From a virus: a DNA stretch of 64,000 nt. Positions 25,956 through 36,043 of the stretch are shown piece by piece; position 1 is the first letter of the stretch; each line of letters starts with the position of its first letter. The stretch is taken from the IMG/VR virus record IMGVR_UViG_3300021478_000001, positions 1-64,000 of that record; one strand, written 5' to 3'. The notes beneath the pieces are model-generated. The model ran no database searches. It worked only from the letters and a program-made list of their open reading frames with translations, and was not told where the DNA came from. Position numbers and translations under genes: made by a program.

Positions 25956-26366
25956 ATGTCACTCAAAGTCGTTACTGTGCATATCCCTCGTGGTGAGAGC
26001 CTTAGTGATGGTGCGGATTGCACTGAAGGCACTATCATTCGCGTGGCCGCGCCGCGTGATGGATGGGATGGTGCGAATATCAGCTTTGAAGTATCAACAG
26101 ATGACAGCCCCAACTATCATGCGTTGATCGATGTCAACGGTGAGGATGTGCAGGTTCCCGTCAAGATCGGCTGTTCTACTGTGGTACGGGAAGCTGATGG
26201 CTTGGCTCCTGGATGGTACAAGATCCGGTCCGGCACTTTGGACAATCCAGTGGAGCAATCCGGCGACCGTGATTTCTCATTTGTGCTGTTGACGAGTGAG
26301 GTATCGGCACCGGCGCGTTCTGCTGTTCCAGGCAAAGGACCTGGACAACATGAAAGAAGTCGCTGA
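25956..26366 (+). CDS. conserved-type phage protein (beta-rich)
   Basis: AAGGAG RBS; WDGANISFEVSTD, KIRSGT..PVEQ. Confidence 0.7.
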   Translation: MSLKVVTVHIPRGESLSDGADCTEGTIIRVAAPRDGWDGANISFEVSTDDSPNYHALIDVNGEDVQVPVKIGCSTVVREADGLAPGWYKIRSGTLDNPVEQSGDRDFSFVLLTSEVSAPARSAVPGKGPGQHERSR

Positions 26367-26818
26367 TGGATATCCGTCCTAAAGGAGGCCGCAGAAATCG
26401 TGCGGCTTTCGCACTCGTCGATGGTATGGCCGATCATCTGCGGCCAGATCCACCAGATTTCTTGTCTGATGAAGAAGCCGCTGAATGGATTCCCATTGTG
26501 GCACGCATGCCGCCGCAATGGTTCACTGCGGAACTCTGGCCTCTGCTCTCGGCTTACTGTCAGCACATCGTGCTGGCCAAGGAAATCATGGAGCAGATTC
26601 GGGCAATCAAGCTGGATGCTGATGCGGAAATAAAAGTAATCAAGGCTAACGCCATGTTGCGGGCGATGTTGGTGCGGGAGCATCGGGTTATGATCACTCT
26701 TGCTACCAAGATGCGCTTGACTCCGACGAGTAAATATGAAACAGTCGCGCAAGAAAACCAGAAAGACCGTCAGCCAAAGTTCCGTCAGCCATTCCAAGTG
26801 GATAACTCTGCCGCCTGA
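26366..26818 (+). CDS. terS: terminase small subunit (P27-like)
   Basis: PPDFLSDEEAAEW, LLSAYCQ, LATKMRLTPTSK; directly upstream of terL. Confidence 0.8.
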   Translation: MDIRPKGGRRNRAAFALVDGMADHLRPDPPDFLSDEEAAEWIPIVARMPPQWFTAELWPLLSAYCQHIVLAKEIMEQIRAIKLDADAEIKVIKANAMLRAMLVREHRVMITLATKMRLTPTSKYETVAQENQKDRQPKFRQPFQVDNSAA

Positions 26819-28328
26819 AAAGGTTTCGGCCAAGCAAGTTATCCATTGGATTGAGAACACGCTCTATGTTCCTGAGGGTCGTTTCATTGGTCAGCCTATG
26901 CGGTTGGCTCCTTGGCAGAAAGACGAACTCAGGAACATTTACGATAATCCAGCTGGCACGCGCCGTGCTATCCTCAGTTTTGCGCGCAAGAATGGCAAGA
27001 CGGCGTTAAGTGCTTGTCTATTGCTGGTGCATCTGTGTGGACCGAAGGCGATTCCTAATTCTAGCTTGTATTCTGCGGCGCAAAGCCGTGATCAGGCTTC
27101 GTTAATTTTTAATCTGGCTGCAAAGATTATTCGCATGGCTCCAGTGTTGCATGATCAAATCGTTATCAAGGAAGCTACCAAGGTTTTGGAATTTCCCACT
27201 TATGGCTCCAAATATCGGGCGCTTAGTGCAGAGGTGACGACGGCATATGGCTTGTCGCCGGTGTTTGTTGTTCATGATGAGCTCGGGCAAGTGCGCGGTC
27301 CGCGAAGCAGTTTGTATGAAGCACTCGAGACTGCGACTGGTGCCCAGGAAAATCCGCTCAGCGTAATTATCTCTACACAAGCACCGACGGACGGGGATCT
27401 GTTAAGCATATTAATCGATGATGCTTTGACAGAAGCAGATCCTCGCGTGGTTTGCAAAGTGTATTCTGCGCCTATGGATATTGATCCATTCTGTGAAGCG
27501 GCATTGCGATTGGCTAATCCAGCTTATGGTGACTTCCTTAATCCACAGGAAGTCTTGGGTATGGCTAATGATGCCAAGCGCATGCCCGCGCGTGAGGCGG
27601 AATATCGTAATCTGGTGCTTAATCAACGTGTGGAGGCGTTGGCACCATTTGTGAGTAAGGACGTTTGGGATCGCTGCGGCTTTGCGACTGAAGATATCAT
27701 GGATACGCCGGTTTATGGTGGGTTGGATTTGAGCGAAGTTAAAGACCTCACTGCATTGGTTCTCATAGGTATGGTGCATGGTAGATGGCAAGTGCATCCT
27801 ACATTTTGGTTGCCGAGCGAGGGGATTGCCGAGAAGGCGCGCAATGATCGGGTGCCTTACGATTTGTGGGTGAAGAATAAATCTTTGGAGACCACGCCTG
27901 GACGGAGTGTCAGCTATGAGTATGTGGCTAATTATCTTCGTGGTGTATTTGATACCTATGATATTAGGAAGCTGGCATTTGATACTTGGAACATGAAGCA
28001 TCTGAAGCCGTGGCTGGAGCAGGCCGGTTTTAGCGAACAGGAAATCAAGGATAAGTTCGTGGAGTTCGGGCAAGGCACTAAATCTATGTCGCCGGCGCTA
28101 CGCGAGCTTGAAGAAATCTTGTTGGAAGAGAAAATGGCGCACGGCATGCATCCGGTATTGTCCATGTGCGCTGGAAATAGCGTGGTGGAAGGCAAGGATA
28201 GTGCCAATCGCAGACTATCCAAGAATAAATCTTCAGGTCGCATAGATGGAATGGTGGCGTTGGCCATGGCTGTAGGGGCCGCGCCATTGAAAGCACCGCA
28301 AGTAGACATAGAAGCTTTGATAGGGTGA
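26736..28328 (+). CDS. terL: terminase large subunit
   Basis: LAPWQ, ARKNGKT, VVHDELG, IISTQ, GLDLS..DLTA, RIDGMVA. Confidence 0.96.
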   Translation: MKQSRKKTRKTVSQSSVSHSKWITLPPEKVSAKQVIHWIENTLYVPEGRFIGQPMRLAPWQKDELRNIYDNPAGTRRAILSFARKNGKTALSACLLLVHLCGPKAIPNSSLYSAAQSRDQASLIFNLAAKIIRMAPVLHDQIVIKEATKVLEFPTYGSKYRALSAEVTTAYGLSPVFVVHDELGQVRGPRSSLYEALETATGAQENPLSVIISTQAPTDGDLLSILIDDALTEADPRVVCKVYSAPMDIDPFCEAALRLANPAYGDFLNPQEVLGMANDAKRMPAREAEYRNLVLNQRVEALAPFVSKDVWDRCGFATEDIMDTPVYGGLDLSEVKDLTALVLIGMVHGRWQVHPTFWLPSEGIAEKARNDRVPYDLWVKNKSLETTPGRSVSYEYVANYLRGVFDTYDIRKLAFDTWNMKHLKPWLEQAGFSEQEIKDKFVEFGQGTKSMSPALRELEEILLEEKMAHGMHPVLSMCAGNSVVEGKDSANRRLSKNKSSGRIDGMVALAMAVGAAPLKAPQVDIEALIG

Positions 28329-28332
28329 TATC

Positions 28333-28527
28333 ATGGACGAACCTTTGTTGCAATTTTTCACGTGGGAACACTTGAAGCCGGAACTGCAAGAAGTGAGCAA
28401 ACACTTTGCCACGCTTGCAGATACGATTGTTTCATCTCTTCCACGTAATCCAGAACGTACAGTAGCATTGCGGAAGTTGTTGGAAGCGAAAGACTGCGCA
28501 GTACGCGCGAAACTCTTCAAAGGTTAA
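28333..28527 (+). CDS. small helical-hairpin protein, possibly Acb2/Tad1-like
   Basis: FFTWEHLKPELQEVSKHF..LA..LP..PERTVALRKLLEAKDCAVRA. Confidence 0.7.
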   Translation: MDEPLLQFFTWEHLKPELQEVSKHFATLADTIVSSLPRNPERTVALRKLLEAKDCAVRAKLFKG

Positions 28528-28674
28528 GTCGCTCTTGTATCAGTTTACGGCCTGATACAAGATGGTGAGTGGAAAAGCCTCATAAGCTCAAGTCCACTCC
28601 TTGCGGACCGTGGGGTTTTTCCGGTCTTTGGCGCCTCACGGTCCGTACCAATTTGAAATACGAAAGGAAACAAC

Positions 28675-29022
28675 ATGCAAGTAACAGTGACGATCAAGAC
28701 AGTTGAAGAAAAATTTCCCGGCGGCACCATCGGTGGCGACTTTCGTATAGAATTGGCACTAGCCAATGATCCAGGAGTAATAGCAGACAACTATGAAGGT
28801 CCAAACTCCTCTGCAAACTTTGATTTGCCGGATAGTGATCCTCCGGATACTTATGTCGTTCGCGGTTGCCGTCTTGATGCTGGCGGTGCTGTCATTGGTG
28901 GTATCGTTACAACGCAATACACTGTTGGAGAAGATTTGGTGCCTATGGATGTAGCCGATAGTATTTCGGTTGTCTCTGTATTGACATCCAGGGAGGCTCC
29001 GGCTCCGAAAGGCAAGCGTTGA
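28675..29022 (+). CDS. hypothetical protein
   Basis: AAGGA RBS, 115 aa. Confidence 0.65.
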   Translation: MQVTVTIKTVEEKFPGGTIGGDFRIELALANDPGVIADNYEGPNSSANFDLPDSDPPDTYVVRGCRLDAGGAVIGGIVTTQYTVGEDLVPMDVADSISVVSVLTSREAPAPKGKR

Positions 29023-29154
29023 TGCCTCAGAAGACAGTAGCACAGACAGTATATGAACTTCTGCGTCTTGTTGCTACTTGGCTGCAACAGCCCACAATCA
29101 TTAAGGTCGCACAGGATATTTCTGTGCGACCAACTAAACAGAGCTGATGAATAA

Positions 29155-31143
29155 ATGCCGATTATACCATGGGAGTGTGCACATGGTGATACACCATCTG
29201 TCTCGCTGCCATGTGCATCTACTGTTGCGATTGCGCCGCTTGATGATTCGGTAGATACGAACAATGTTATAATCACTGGTTCGGGGACTATTACTTCATT
29301 TGGACTCGGGCCATTAGTCACCAAACAAGTTACGTTTGAACCAAGTGGATCCATCGTATTAACTCATAGTGCTTCGTTATCGTTGCTTGGTCATGCAACA
29401 AGGACAATCACTAATATATCTGTAGGAAAATATTCCTGTGACGGTGCAGGTAATTGGATAGAATTAAGTTTTACTGATACTGTTGTAGGAGGTGGATCTG
29501 GTGGTGGTCCGGGAGCAACTGGTCCAACAGGTCCTACAGGACCGACTGGTCCAGCTGGTTCTTCTGGCGGTGCCACTGGTCCGCGTGGTGCAACTGGTCC
29601 TACAGGACCAACTGGATCCACTGGTCCTACAGGACCACAAGGAATTGTTGGTCCGACTGGCGCGACTGGTATTACAGGATCGGCTGGAGTTGTTGGACCA
29701 ATTGGACCAACGGGTCCGCAAGGTAATGTTGGTTCTACAGGAACGACTGGAGCAACAGGTCCACAAGGAACTGCTGGATCACCTGGAGGTGCCACTGGAC
29801 CAACTGGTCCTGCTGGCATAAATGGTGCGACTGGAGCGACGGGTGCATCAGGTTCTCCTGGTTCTCCTGGAGGAGCAACAGGAGTTACCGGCCCGACTGG
29901 TCCACAAGGAATAGTTGGTCCAACTGGCCCAATAGGAGTTACAGGACCGACAGGTTTACAAGGACTAGCTGGTCCAACTGGACCAACTGGTTTAACAGGA
30001 ATTACTGGACCAACTGGTTTGCAGGGAATAGCTGGTCCTACTGGTCCACAAGGAGTAGTTGGACCAACTGGTCCTATAGGGTTGACAGGTACGACTGGTC
30101 CGACAGGAGTTGGTACGACCGGCGCTACTGGTGTAACAGGTCCTATTGGAGTTACTGGACCTATTGGGCCAACAGGAGGAGCTGGACTAGCAGGACCAAC
30201 TGGTCCAACTGGACCGTCAGGATCTGCTGGAGGGGTTGGACCAGCAGGAACTACCGGAGCAACTGGACCTACAGGATCTGCTGGTGGTGCAGGTCCACAG
30301 GGAGTAACAGGTCCTACTGGACCATCAGGATCTGCTGGTGGTGTAGGAACTACCGGAGCAACTGGACCGACTGGTCCAATAGGATCGGCTACGGTTTTGT
30401 GTGGTTGGATTGCTGGGTTAACACTTTCGAATGACGGTACGACGCCAACGACCAAGCTTGATATTGCCGCCGGTCAAGCCGCCGACAGTGGCAACGCCGC
30501 GCTGATCAGTATCGGCGCGTTCATCAAGGCGATCAGCGGCGCGTGGGTTTTTGGTTCCGGCAACAACGGCATGGGCAACGGACTCACTGTTGCCGCGAAC
30601 ACTTGGTATCACGTTATCCTGGCGAACAATAACGGCACGCCGGATATCTACTTCGATACCTCGGTAACTGGAGCAAACAGGCCAAGCGGTATTTCTGATA
30701 CCAAAGTTCGTCGTATCGGCTCGTTCAAGACCAACGCCTCGTCGCAGATTATCGCGTTCATTCAGAACGGTGAAGAGTTTTTGTGGGCTATTCCGGTCAC
30801 TGATTATAGCGCTCAGGGTCAAGGAGCGACGGCTAATCTTTATGTCTTGTCGGTGCCGACAGGAGTTCAAGTTTGGGCGATATTCTCAATCCAAATTAAC
30901 GGCACGACAATAGTAACAAACTTGCTGGTCTATTCTCCAGACATGGGCTCCGGTCTTACGGCAACCATGGGATCAGGCGGCATTACAACGCGCATGGGAG
31001 CGGCAAACTCGGTCAGCGCCACTATCCCTGCTCCAGTGCGAACCAATACTAGCGGTCAGGTCTATGTTGTTCAGAACGCCGCTGGTAACAGCTTCTCACT
31101 CACGACTTTGGGTTGGATAGATCGGCGCGGTATGGACGCGTGA
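29155..31143 (+). CDS. collagen-like virion fibre protein
   Basis: About 300 aa of Thr-rich G-X-Y repeats (GPTGPT); fibre-like C-terminal domain ([23 protein letters not shown]). Confidence 0.85.
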   Translation: MPIIPWECAHGDTPSVSLPCASTVAIAPLDDSVDTNNVIITGSGTITSFGLGPLVTKQVTFEPSGSIVLTHSASLSLLGHATRTITNISVGKYSCDGAGNWIELSFTDTVVGGGSGGGPGATGPTGPTGPTGPAGSSGGATGPRGATGPTGPTGSTGPTGPQGIVGPTGATGITGSAGVVGPIGPTGPQGNVGSTGTTGATGPQGTAGSPGGATGPTGPAGINGATGATGASGSPGSPGGATGVTGPTGPQGIVGPTGPIGVTGPTGLQGLAGPTGPTGLTGITGPTGLQGIAGPTGPQGVVGPTGPIGLTGTTGPTGVGTTGATGVTGPIGVTGPIGPTGGAGLAGPTGPTGPSGSAGGVGPAGTTGATGPTGSAGGAGPQGVTGPTGPSGSAGGVGTTGATGPTGPIGSATVLCGWIAGLTLSNDGTTPTTKLDIAAGQAADSGNAALISIGAFIKAISGAWVFGSGNNGMGNGLTVAANTWYHVILANNNGTPDIYFDTSVTGANRPSGISDTKVRRIGSFKTNASSQIIAFIQNGEEFLWAIPVTDYSAQGQGATANLYVLSVPTGVQVWAIFSIQINGTTIVTNLLVYSPDMGSGLTATMGSGGITTRMGAANSVSATIPAPVRTNTSGQVYVVQNAAGNSFSLTTLGWIDRRGMDA

Positions 31144-31152
31144 GGAACAAAG

Positions 31153-31533
31153 ATGGCAACTGGTACGGCACAATCACAAGCAATCTATGTTGCTAATTCA
31201 CTGCTCGGTGTCGCGCAGCAGATTATGAGTATTTATGAACAGATTGGTTTGCTTAGTCAGCAATGGAATGATCAACAAGTAGCAAATACGATGGCGACTT
31301 TTTCAACAGTTAATGAAACGCCAGATGGTGGTATTGGTGATCCTGATCCAACACCTATTAACGGTCACAATTTTGATCCAGCGATTTATCCTGGTTTGAG
31401 TCGCTCGGTATCAGCGATGGAGGTGACGCAGATTAAGACGGCACTTGATGATATTAAGGCTTACATTGATGGCCAAGATCTTCCGCCTAATCCTGGTGCC
31501 CGTGCCATTCTTAATGTGGCGACTGGTGGATGA
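31153..31533 (+). CDS. hypothetical protein
   Basis: GAGG RBS, between fibre and capsid genes. Confidence 0.7.
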   Translation: MATGTAQSQAIYVANSLLGVAQQIMSIYEQIGLLSQQWNDQQVANTMATFSTVNETPDGGIGDPDPTPINGHNFDPAIYPGLSRSVSAMEVTQIKTALDDIKAYIDGQDLPPNPGARAILNVATGG

Positions 31534-31545
31534 AGGATCAAACAA

Positions 31546-34152
31546 ATGCCCATGAAACCGCATAAAGGTGAAAGCCAGAGTGATTTTATGAGTCGCTGTG
31601 TGCCAGAAATGATGGGCGATGGCAAGCGTGAACAGGATCAAGCTGTGGCAGCGTGCGCACAGATTTGGCGAGATAAGGACAAGATGATGAAAAATCCAGC
31701 TAAGGAGTATGCAGATCCAGGTTATCAAGCGGATGGTAAGAAGCGATTTGCCATCGATACCAAGGATCAAGTGCGTGTAGCATGGTCTATGGTTCATAAT
31801 GCTAAACTTGAAAAGAATTACACGGTAGCACAACTTAGTCGGATTGAAATCCGTATTACGAACGCTTGGAAAATTTTAGTTGATCCTAGTGGTCCACCAG
31901 CTATTGATGATATTGGTGCTATGCAGGCATTGCGAAAGACAGTAGTTAAAATTGGTGATGCACCTGATGTTGAAGAAGGTGAAAGTCACGATGATTACAT
32001 GGATCGCTGTATGGAGGAACTAGGCGCTGAAGTTGGTGGCGACAGTCCTGATGATGATGAAGCAGAAATTGCTTGTGAAGAGATGTTTGAACTTTCTGAA
32101 GAAGAAAAAGCTGTGTTTGGATCTGCTCTCATTATGCACAAGACACATGCGGAAGCAGCAGAAGGGATGGAGTTTATTTTATCTGACGCCACGGCAGATC
32201 GCTTTGGTGATATCGTGGAAGTTAATGGGTGGGATTTTGAAAATTTTAAGAAAAATCCTATTGCTTTGTTCGGTCATAATTCGTCCTTCCCGATAGGGAA
32301 GTGGAAGAACATCAGGATTAACGAAGACAAGGATCTTCGCGCTGAATTGCAGTTGGCTCCGAAAGGCACCAGTGATCGTATTGATGAAATTCGCAAACTG
32401 ATTGAAGCGGATATTCTTCGGGCAACATCTGTGGGCTTTCGACCGTTGGATCATGCACCAATTAACAGCAAAGATCCTTGGGGTGGAACGAGATATACCA
32501 AACAAGAATTGGTGGAATGCAGTCTGGTATCAGTACCAGCAAATCCCAATGCTTTGGCTGTAGCCAAGAGCTTGAATATTTCTCCATCTACCGTTCGCAT
32601 GGTGTTTGGCGAGGATGCCAGCAAAGGCATTGTGCAGCGGAGTTTAGACGTCGCGAACCGTGGCGAGCATGCCGACAATAAGCGGGGCGCAAAAGAGGGT
32701 ACTAAAACTGGCGAGCATGCCGAACGTAACGGTGAAAGAGCGAAAGGACAAAAAATGTTGCTTTCACAGCGCATCCAGGAGGCGGAGAAAAATCTCCTAG
32801 CTCTCCAGGATAATCTCGACAAGCATCTCGAGGGTATCGACGATGGGAACCCCTCTGAAGATCAGATGGTTCTCACCGAAGATTTCACTGCCAAGATTGA
32901 GGTTGCCACGCGGCATCTCAAAAATCTCAAGGCTATCGAGACCAGGAATGCTGGTGGCGCGCAGGATGTAGGTGATCTTGAAAAGCGTGGGAATGGTAAG
33001 GCGCCTGCGAATGTCAGCATCATTCTGCCCAAGAAGAAAGTGGAACCGCTTGACTTTTTGGTACGCGCGGCGTTGGTGCGTTGCAAGTCCAAGATCGACG
33101 GCGCCACTATCGATGATACCCGCCGGAAGATTTACGGCGATGATGAAGCTACGCGCGTCATGTGCGACTTGATGCTGAAAGCAGCGAGCGCGCCGGCGAT
33201 GACTACTGTGACAGGATGGGCTGCAGAACTTGTGCAGACTATCTGGGCAGCGTTCATGGAAGTCTTGTTGCCTGTGAGCGTTTATCCGCGACTTTCGGCG
33301 GCTGGTCTGTCGCTGACGTTTGGTGCTGCCGGTAAGATTATCATTCCTACTCGTAATCTTACTCCATCGATCAGCGGCAGCTTTGTTGGAGAAGGTCAAC
33401 CTATTCCAGTGAGACAAGGTGCCTTCTCGTCGCAACAACTTACGCCGAAGAAGATGGCTGTCATCACGACCTGGACTCGTGAGATGGACGAGCATTCAAT
33501 CCCAGCAATTGAGGGTCTGCTGCGGCAAGCCATCCTGGATGATACCGCAATCAGCCTGGACACTGTTTTGTTGGACGTCAATCCGGCCACGGCAATACGT
33601 CCGCCTGGTTTGCGTTCTTACCAGGCAGGACTCACGCCATCAGCTGTTGCAACTAATCCGTTTGCGAATTTTGTTGCTGACTTCAAGTCGCTCTATGGGG
33701 CGCTCTTGACGTTGACTAGCGGCAATGTTCGTAATCCGGTTATTATGTTGAATCCAACACAGGTCTTGGGTATCTCGTTGATCCAACCTCCGAATGCTGC
33801 TACCACTTTGTTCCCATTTATGACCATGATCGATGGGGGCAAAATTCTCAAGGTGGGTTTGATTGAGTCGGCGACGGTACCGGTGGGCATGGCCATCATG
33901 GTGGATGCTGCTGATTTCACAACTGCTGGCGCTGAAGGTCCGCGCTTGGAAATCAGTGATCAAGCAACACTGCATATGGAAGACACCACACCGCAGGATA
34001 TCGTTGGAGGTGGTGCATCTGGCCCGACTGTTGCTAATCCTGTGAAGAGTATGTGGCAGACGGATAGCTTGGCGCTGCGCTTGATCATGCATATGAACTG
34101 GATCATGCGGCGTCCGGTAGTTTCCTGGATGACTGGAGTCCAGTGGGGTTAA
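31546..34152 (+). CDS. prohead protease - major capsid protein fusion (HK97 fold)
   Basis: DRFGDIV..FKKNPIALFGHN..PIGKW, TSVGFRP, LVECSLVSVPANPNA (protease); FVGEGQPIPV, LTPKKMAVI, SMWQTDSLALR (capsid). Confidence 0.95.
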   Translation: MPMKPHKGESQSDFMSRCVPEMMGDGKREQDQAVAACAQIWRDKDKMMKNPAKEYADPGYQADGKKRFAIDTKDQVRVAWSMVHNAKLEKNYTVAQLSRIEIRITNAWKILVDPSGPPAIDDIGAMQALRKTVVKIGDAPDVEEGESHDDYMDRCMEELGAEVGGDSPDDDEAEIACEEMFELSEEEKAVFGSALIMHKTHAEAAEGMEFILSDATADRFGDIVEVNGWDFENFKKNPIALFGHNSSFPIGKWKNIRINEDKDLRAELQLAPKGTSDRIDEIRKLIEADILRATSVGFRPLDHAPINSKDPWGGTRYTKQELVECSLVSVPANPNALAVAKSLNISPSTVRMVFGEDASKGIVQRSLDVANRGEHADNKRGAKEGTKTGEHAERNGERAKGQKMLLSQRIQEAEKNLLALQDNLDKHLEGIDDGNPSEDQMVLTEDFTAKIEVATRHLKNLKAIETRNAGGAQDVGDLEKRGNGKAPANVSIILPKKKVEPLDFLVRAALVRCKSKIDGATIDDTRRKIYGDDEATRVMCDLMLKAASAPAMTTVTGWAAELVQTIWAAFMEVLLPVSVYPRLSAAGLSLTFGAAGKIIIPTRNLTPSISGSFVGEGQPIPVRQGAFSSQQLTPKKMAVITTWTREMDEHSIPAIEGLLRQAILDDTAISLDTVLLDVNPATAIRPPGLRSYQAGLTPSAVATNPFANFVADFKSLYGALLTLTSGNVRNPVIMLNPTQVLGISLIQPPNAATTLFPFMTMIDGGKILKVGLIESATVPVGMAIMVDAADFTTAGAEGPRLEISDQATLHMEDTTPQDIVGGGASGPTVANPVKSMWQTDSLALRLIMHMNWIMRRPVVSWMTGVQWG

Positions 34153-34262
34153 TAGTTCGGGGCACTAACCAGCACTAGATGCCCTGAAGGGGACTGGCAT
34201 GCTGATCTGTTTGCTGGCAGGGAATGTCGGTCCCCGCTCATTCTTAACCAAAGGAGCCTGAA

Positions 34263-34592
34263 ATGGCAGAAGAAAAGCACGTATCGGAAGAAGCAAAAAA
34301 GCGCATGGCGGAAGATAAGAAAAAACTTGAAACTGAGCGTGAAGCACGCGCCAAGGCGCAAGCAGAACACCAAAAGAAGATGACAGGTCGACCGACTCCT
34401 ACTCAGGAAGAAGCCGACTTAATCAAGCTTGGTCATCATCCGGAACTTGAACCTGATGGTTCTACAGATCCGTATGCTGTTCCTACCACTACCGAGACCA
34501 AGCATATGGAGCATGCTGAAGGTAAGCCGTATCAGACGCGCCAGCAAATGCCGGCGAGTGGACGCGGCAGCACTGAAAGCAAGTCTTCCTAA
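34263..34592 (+). CDS. small charged head-module protein
   Basis: AAGGAG RBS; GRPTPTQEEAD, YQTRQ. Confidence 0.75.
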   Translation: MAEEKHVSEEAKKRMAEDKKKLETEREARAKAQAEHQKKMTGRPTPTQEEADLIKLGHHPELEPDGSTDPYAVPTTTETKHMEHAEGKPYQTRQQMPASGRGSTESKSS

Positions 34593-36043
34593 TGGGCTTT
34601 GCAAAGCGCCTATCTACTTGGGCCGGAGCCGCCATCAAGGCGGTCTCCGGTTTTCCTGCCGAGGGCCAGTATCGTCCTGGTCCTTGGTATCTTCCTGTAA
34701 CACATGGATGGTTGCCCGCGGATGTTGGTAACTCTTTGAATTGGTGGCAGAACGGATATACTCCGATATTGCAAAGTGCACAGTTATCAATTATAGAAGC
34801 TTGTGTTGGTGCATATTCACAGACGATGGCGATGTGTCCTGGAGATCATTGGCGTTCTAAATCTAATGGTGGTCGAGAGCGTGTTACGAATTCTTCGCTG
34901 TGTCGTATCTTGCGATATCCTAATGATTATCAGTCAATGTCTGATTTTTTGTTGAATGCTGTGCGTCAATTGTATTTGCAGGGTAACGCCTATGCGCTTT
35001 GTATACGAAATTCACGTTTTGAAATTACTGAATTGCATCTTATGGATAACCGCTATTGTCGAGCGCTGATAGACGGTAGCGGTGAAGTGCATTATAGCTT
35101 GGGAGGCAATTGGGTTATTGAAAATCGTATAGGGCCATTAGCAACAGTGCCTCAGCGTGACGTGCTGCATATCAAATTGCATTGTGACCAGCTTCGTAAT
35201 CCATTGATTGGTCAGACGCCATTGGCGGCGGCTTATTTGGATACTGCAATGGGACAAAGTATTAAGGAACAACAATTCATATTTTATCAACGCCAAGCAA
35301 AGCCTGGATTTGTGCTGAGCACTGATCTAACTTTGGAAAAAGATCAAGTCAGTGCTCTGCGTGATCGTTGGACAGAACAAACGACTGGAGCCAATACTGG
35401 CGGTACTCCAATTCTTACTGGAGGTTTGAAGCCGCAACAGATTCCAGTAACAAGTTGGCGTGATGCTCAACTCGCTGAGTTGCTCAAGCTGACAGATCAA
35501 GATATCGCCATGGCTTTTCGAGTGCCGCCGCAGATAATAGGTATACCGGCGCACAGTACTCATGGCACGACAGAAGCAATGATGCGTTCTTGGATTGCTA
35601 CTGGATTTGGATTCTGCATCAATCATGTTGAAGAAGCTTTTGGATTGACCTTTGGTCTCAAGGGTCAGCCTGATGATTATGTAGAATTCAGCACAGACAT
35701 TCTTTTACGATCTGACTTTAAGGATCGTATTGATGGGCTTACTAAAGCCGTGGTCGGTGGTATCTTTTCACCGAATGAAGCACGGAATCAAGAAGATCTT
35801 CCTAATGTGCCGTTTGGAGATGAGCCGCGCGTGCAACAACAAGTAGTCCCGCTCAGTGCAGCGGGTAAAATACCAGCATCGCCTGCCGCTCCGCCAGCAC
35901 CTCCGGCACCAAAAGCACCGGAGGAGCCGCAGAGGAGCTTGAACGCTGATGCAAGAAGAAACAGCTTTGCCAGAATCCTCCTTAACAGATCAAGACAACT
36001 TGAACGGGAACAACAGCGAAGAATTTCCGGACGCGTTGCTTGA
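34592..36043 (+). CDS. portal protein (HK97 family)
   Basis: [53 protein letters not shown]. Confidence 0.95.
   Translation: MGFAKRLSTWAGAAIKAVSGFPAEGQYRPGPWYLPVTHGWLPADVGNSLNWWQNGYTPILQSAQLSIIEACVGAYSQTMAMCPGDHWRSKSNGGRERVTNSSLCRILRYPNDYQSMSDFLLNAVRQLYLQGNAYALCIRNSRFEITELHLMDNRYCRALIDGSGEVHYSLGGNWVIENRIGPLATVPQRDVLHIKLHCDQLRNPLIGQTPLAAAYLDTAMGQSIKEQQFIFYQRQAKPGFVLSTDLTLEKDQVSALRDRWTEQTTGANTGGTPILTGGLKPQQIPVTSWRDAQLAELLKLTDQDIAMAFRVPPQIIGIPAHSTHGTTEAMMRSWIATGFGFCINHVEEAFGLTFGLKGQPDDYVEFSTDILLRSDFKDRIDGLTKAVVGGIFSPNEARNQEDLPNVPFGDEPRVQQQVVPLSAAGKIPASPAAPPAPPAPKAPEEPQRSLNADARRNSFARILLNRSRQLEREQQRRISGRVA

Noticed and set aside
29391-30455. Long Pro/Val-rich antisense ORFs opposite collagen genes (also 36104-37054, 59433-59654)
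   Set aside because: Shadow frames produced by G-X-Y codon periodicity; no RBS or independent signal
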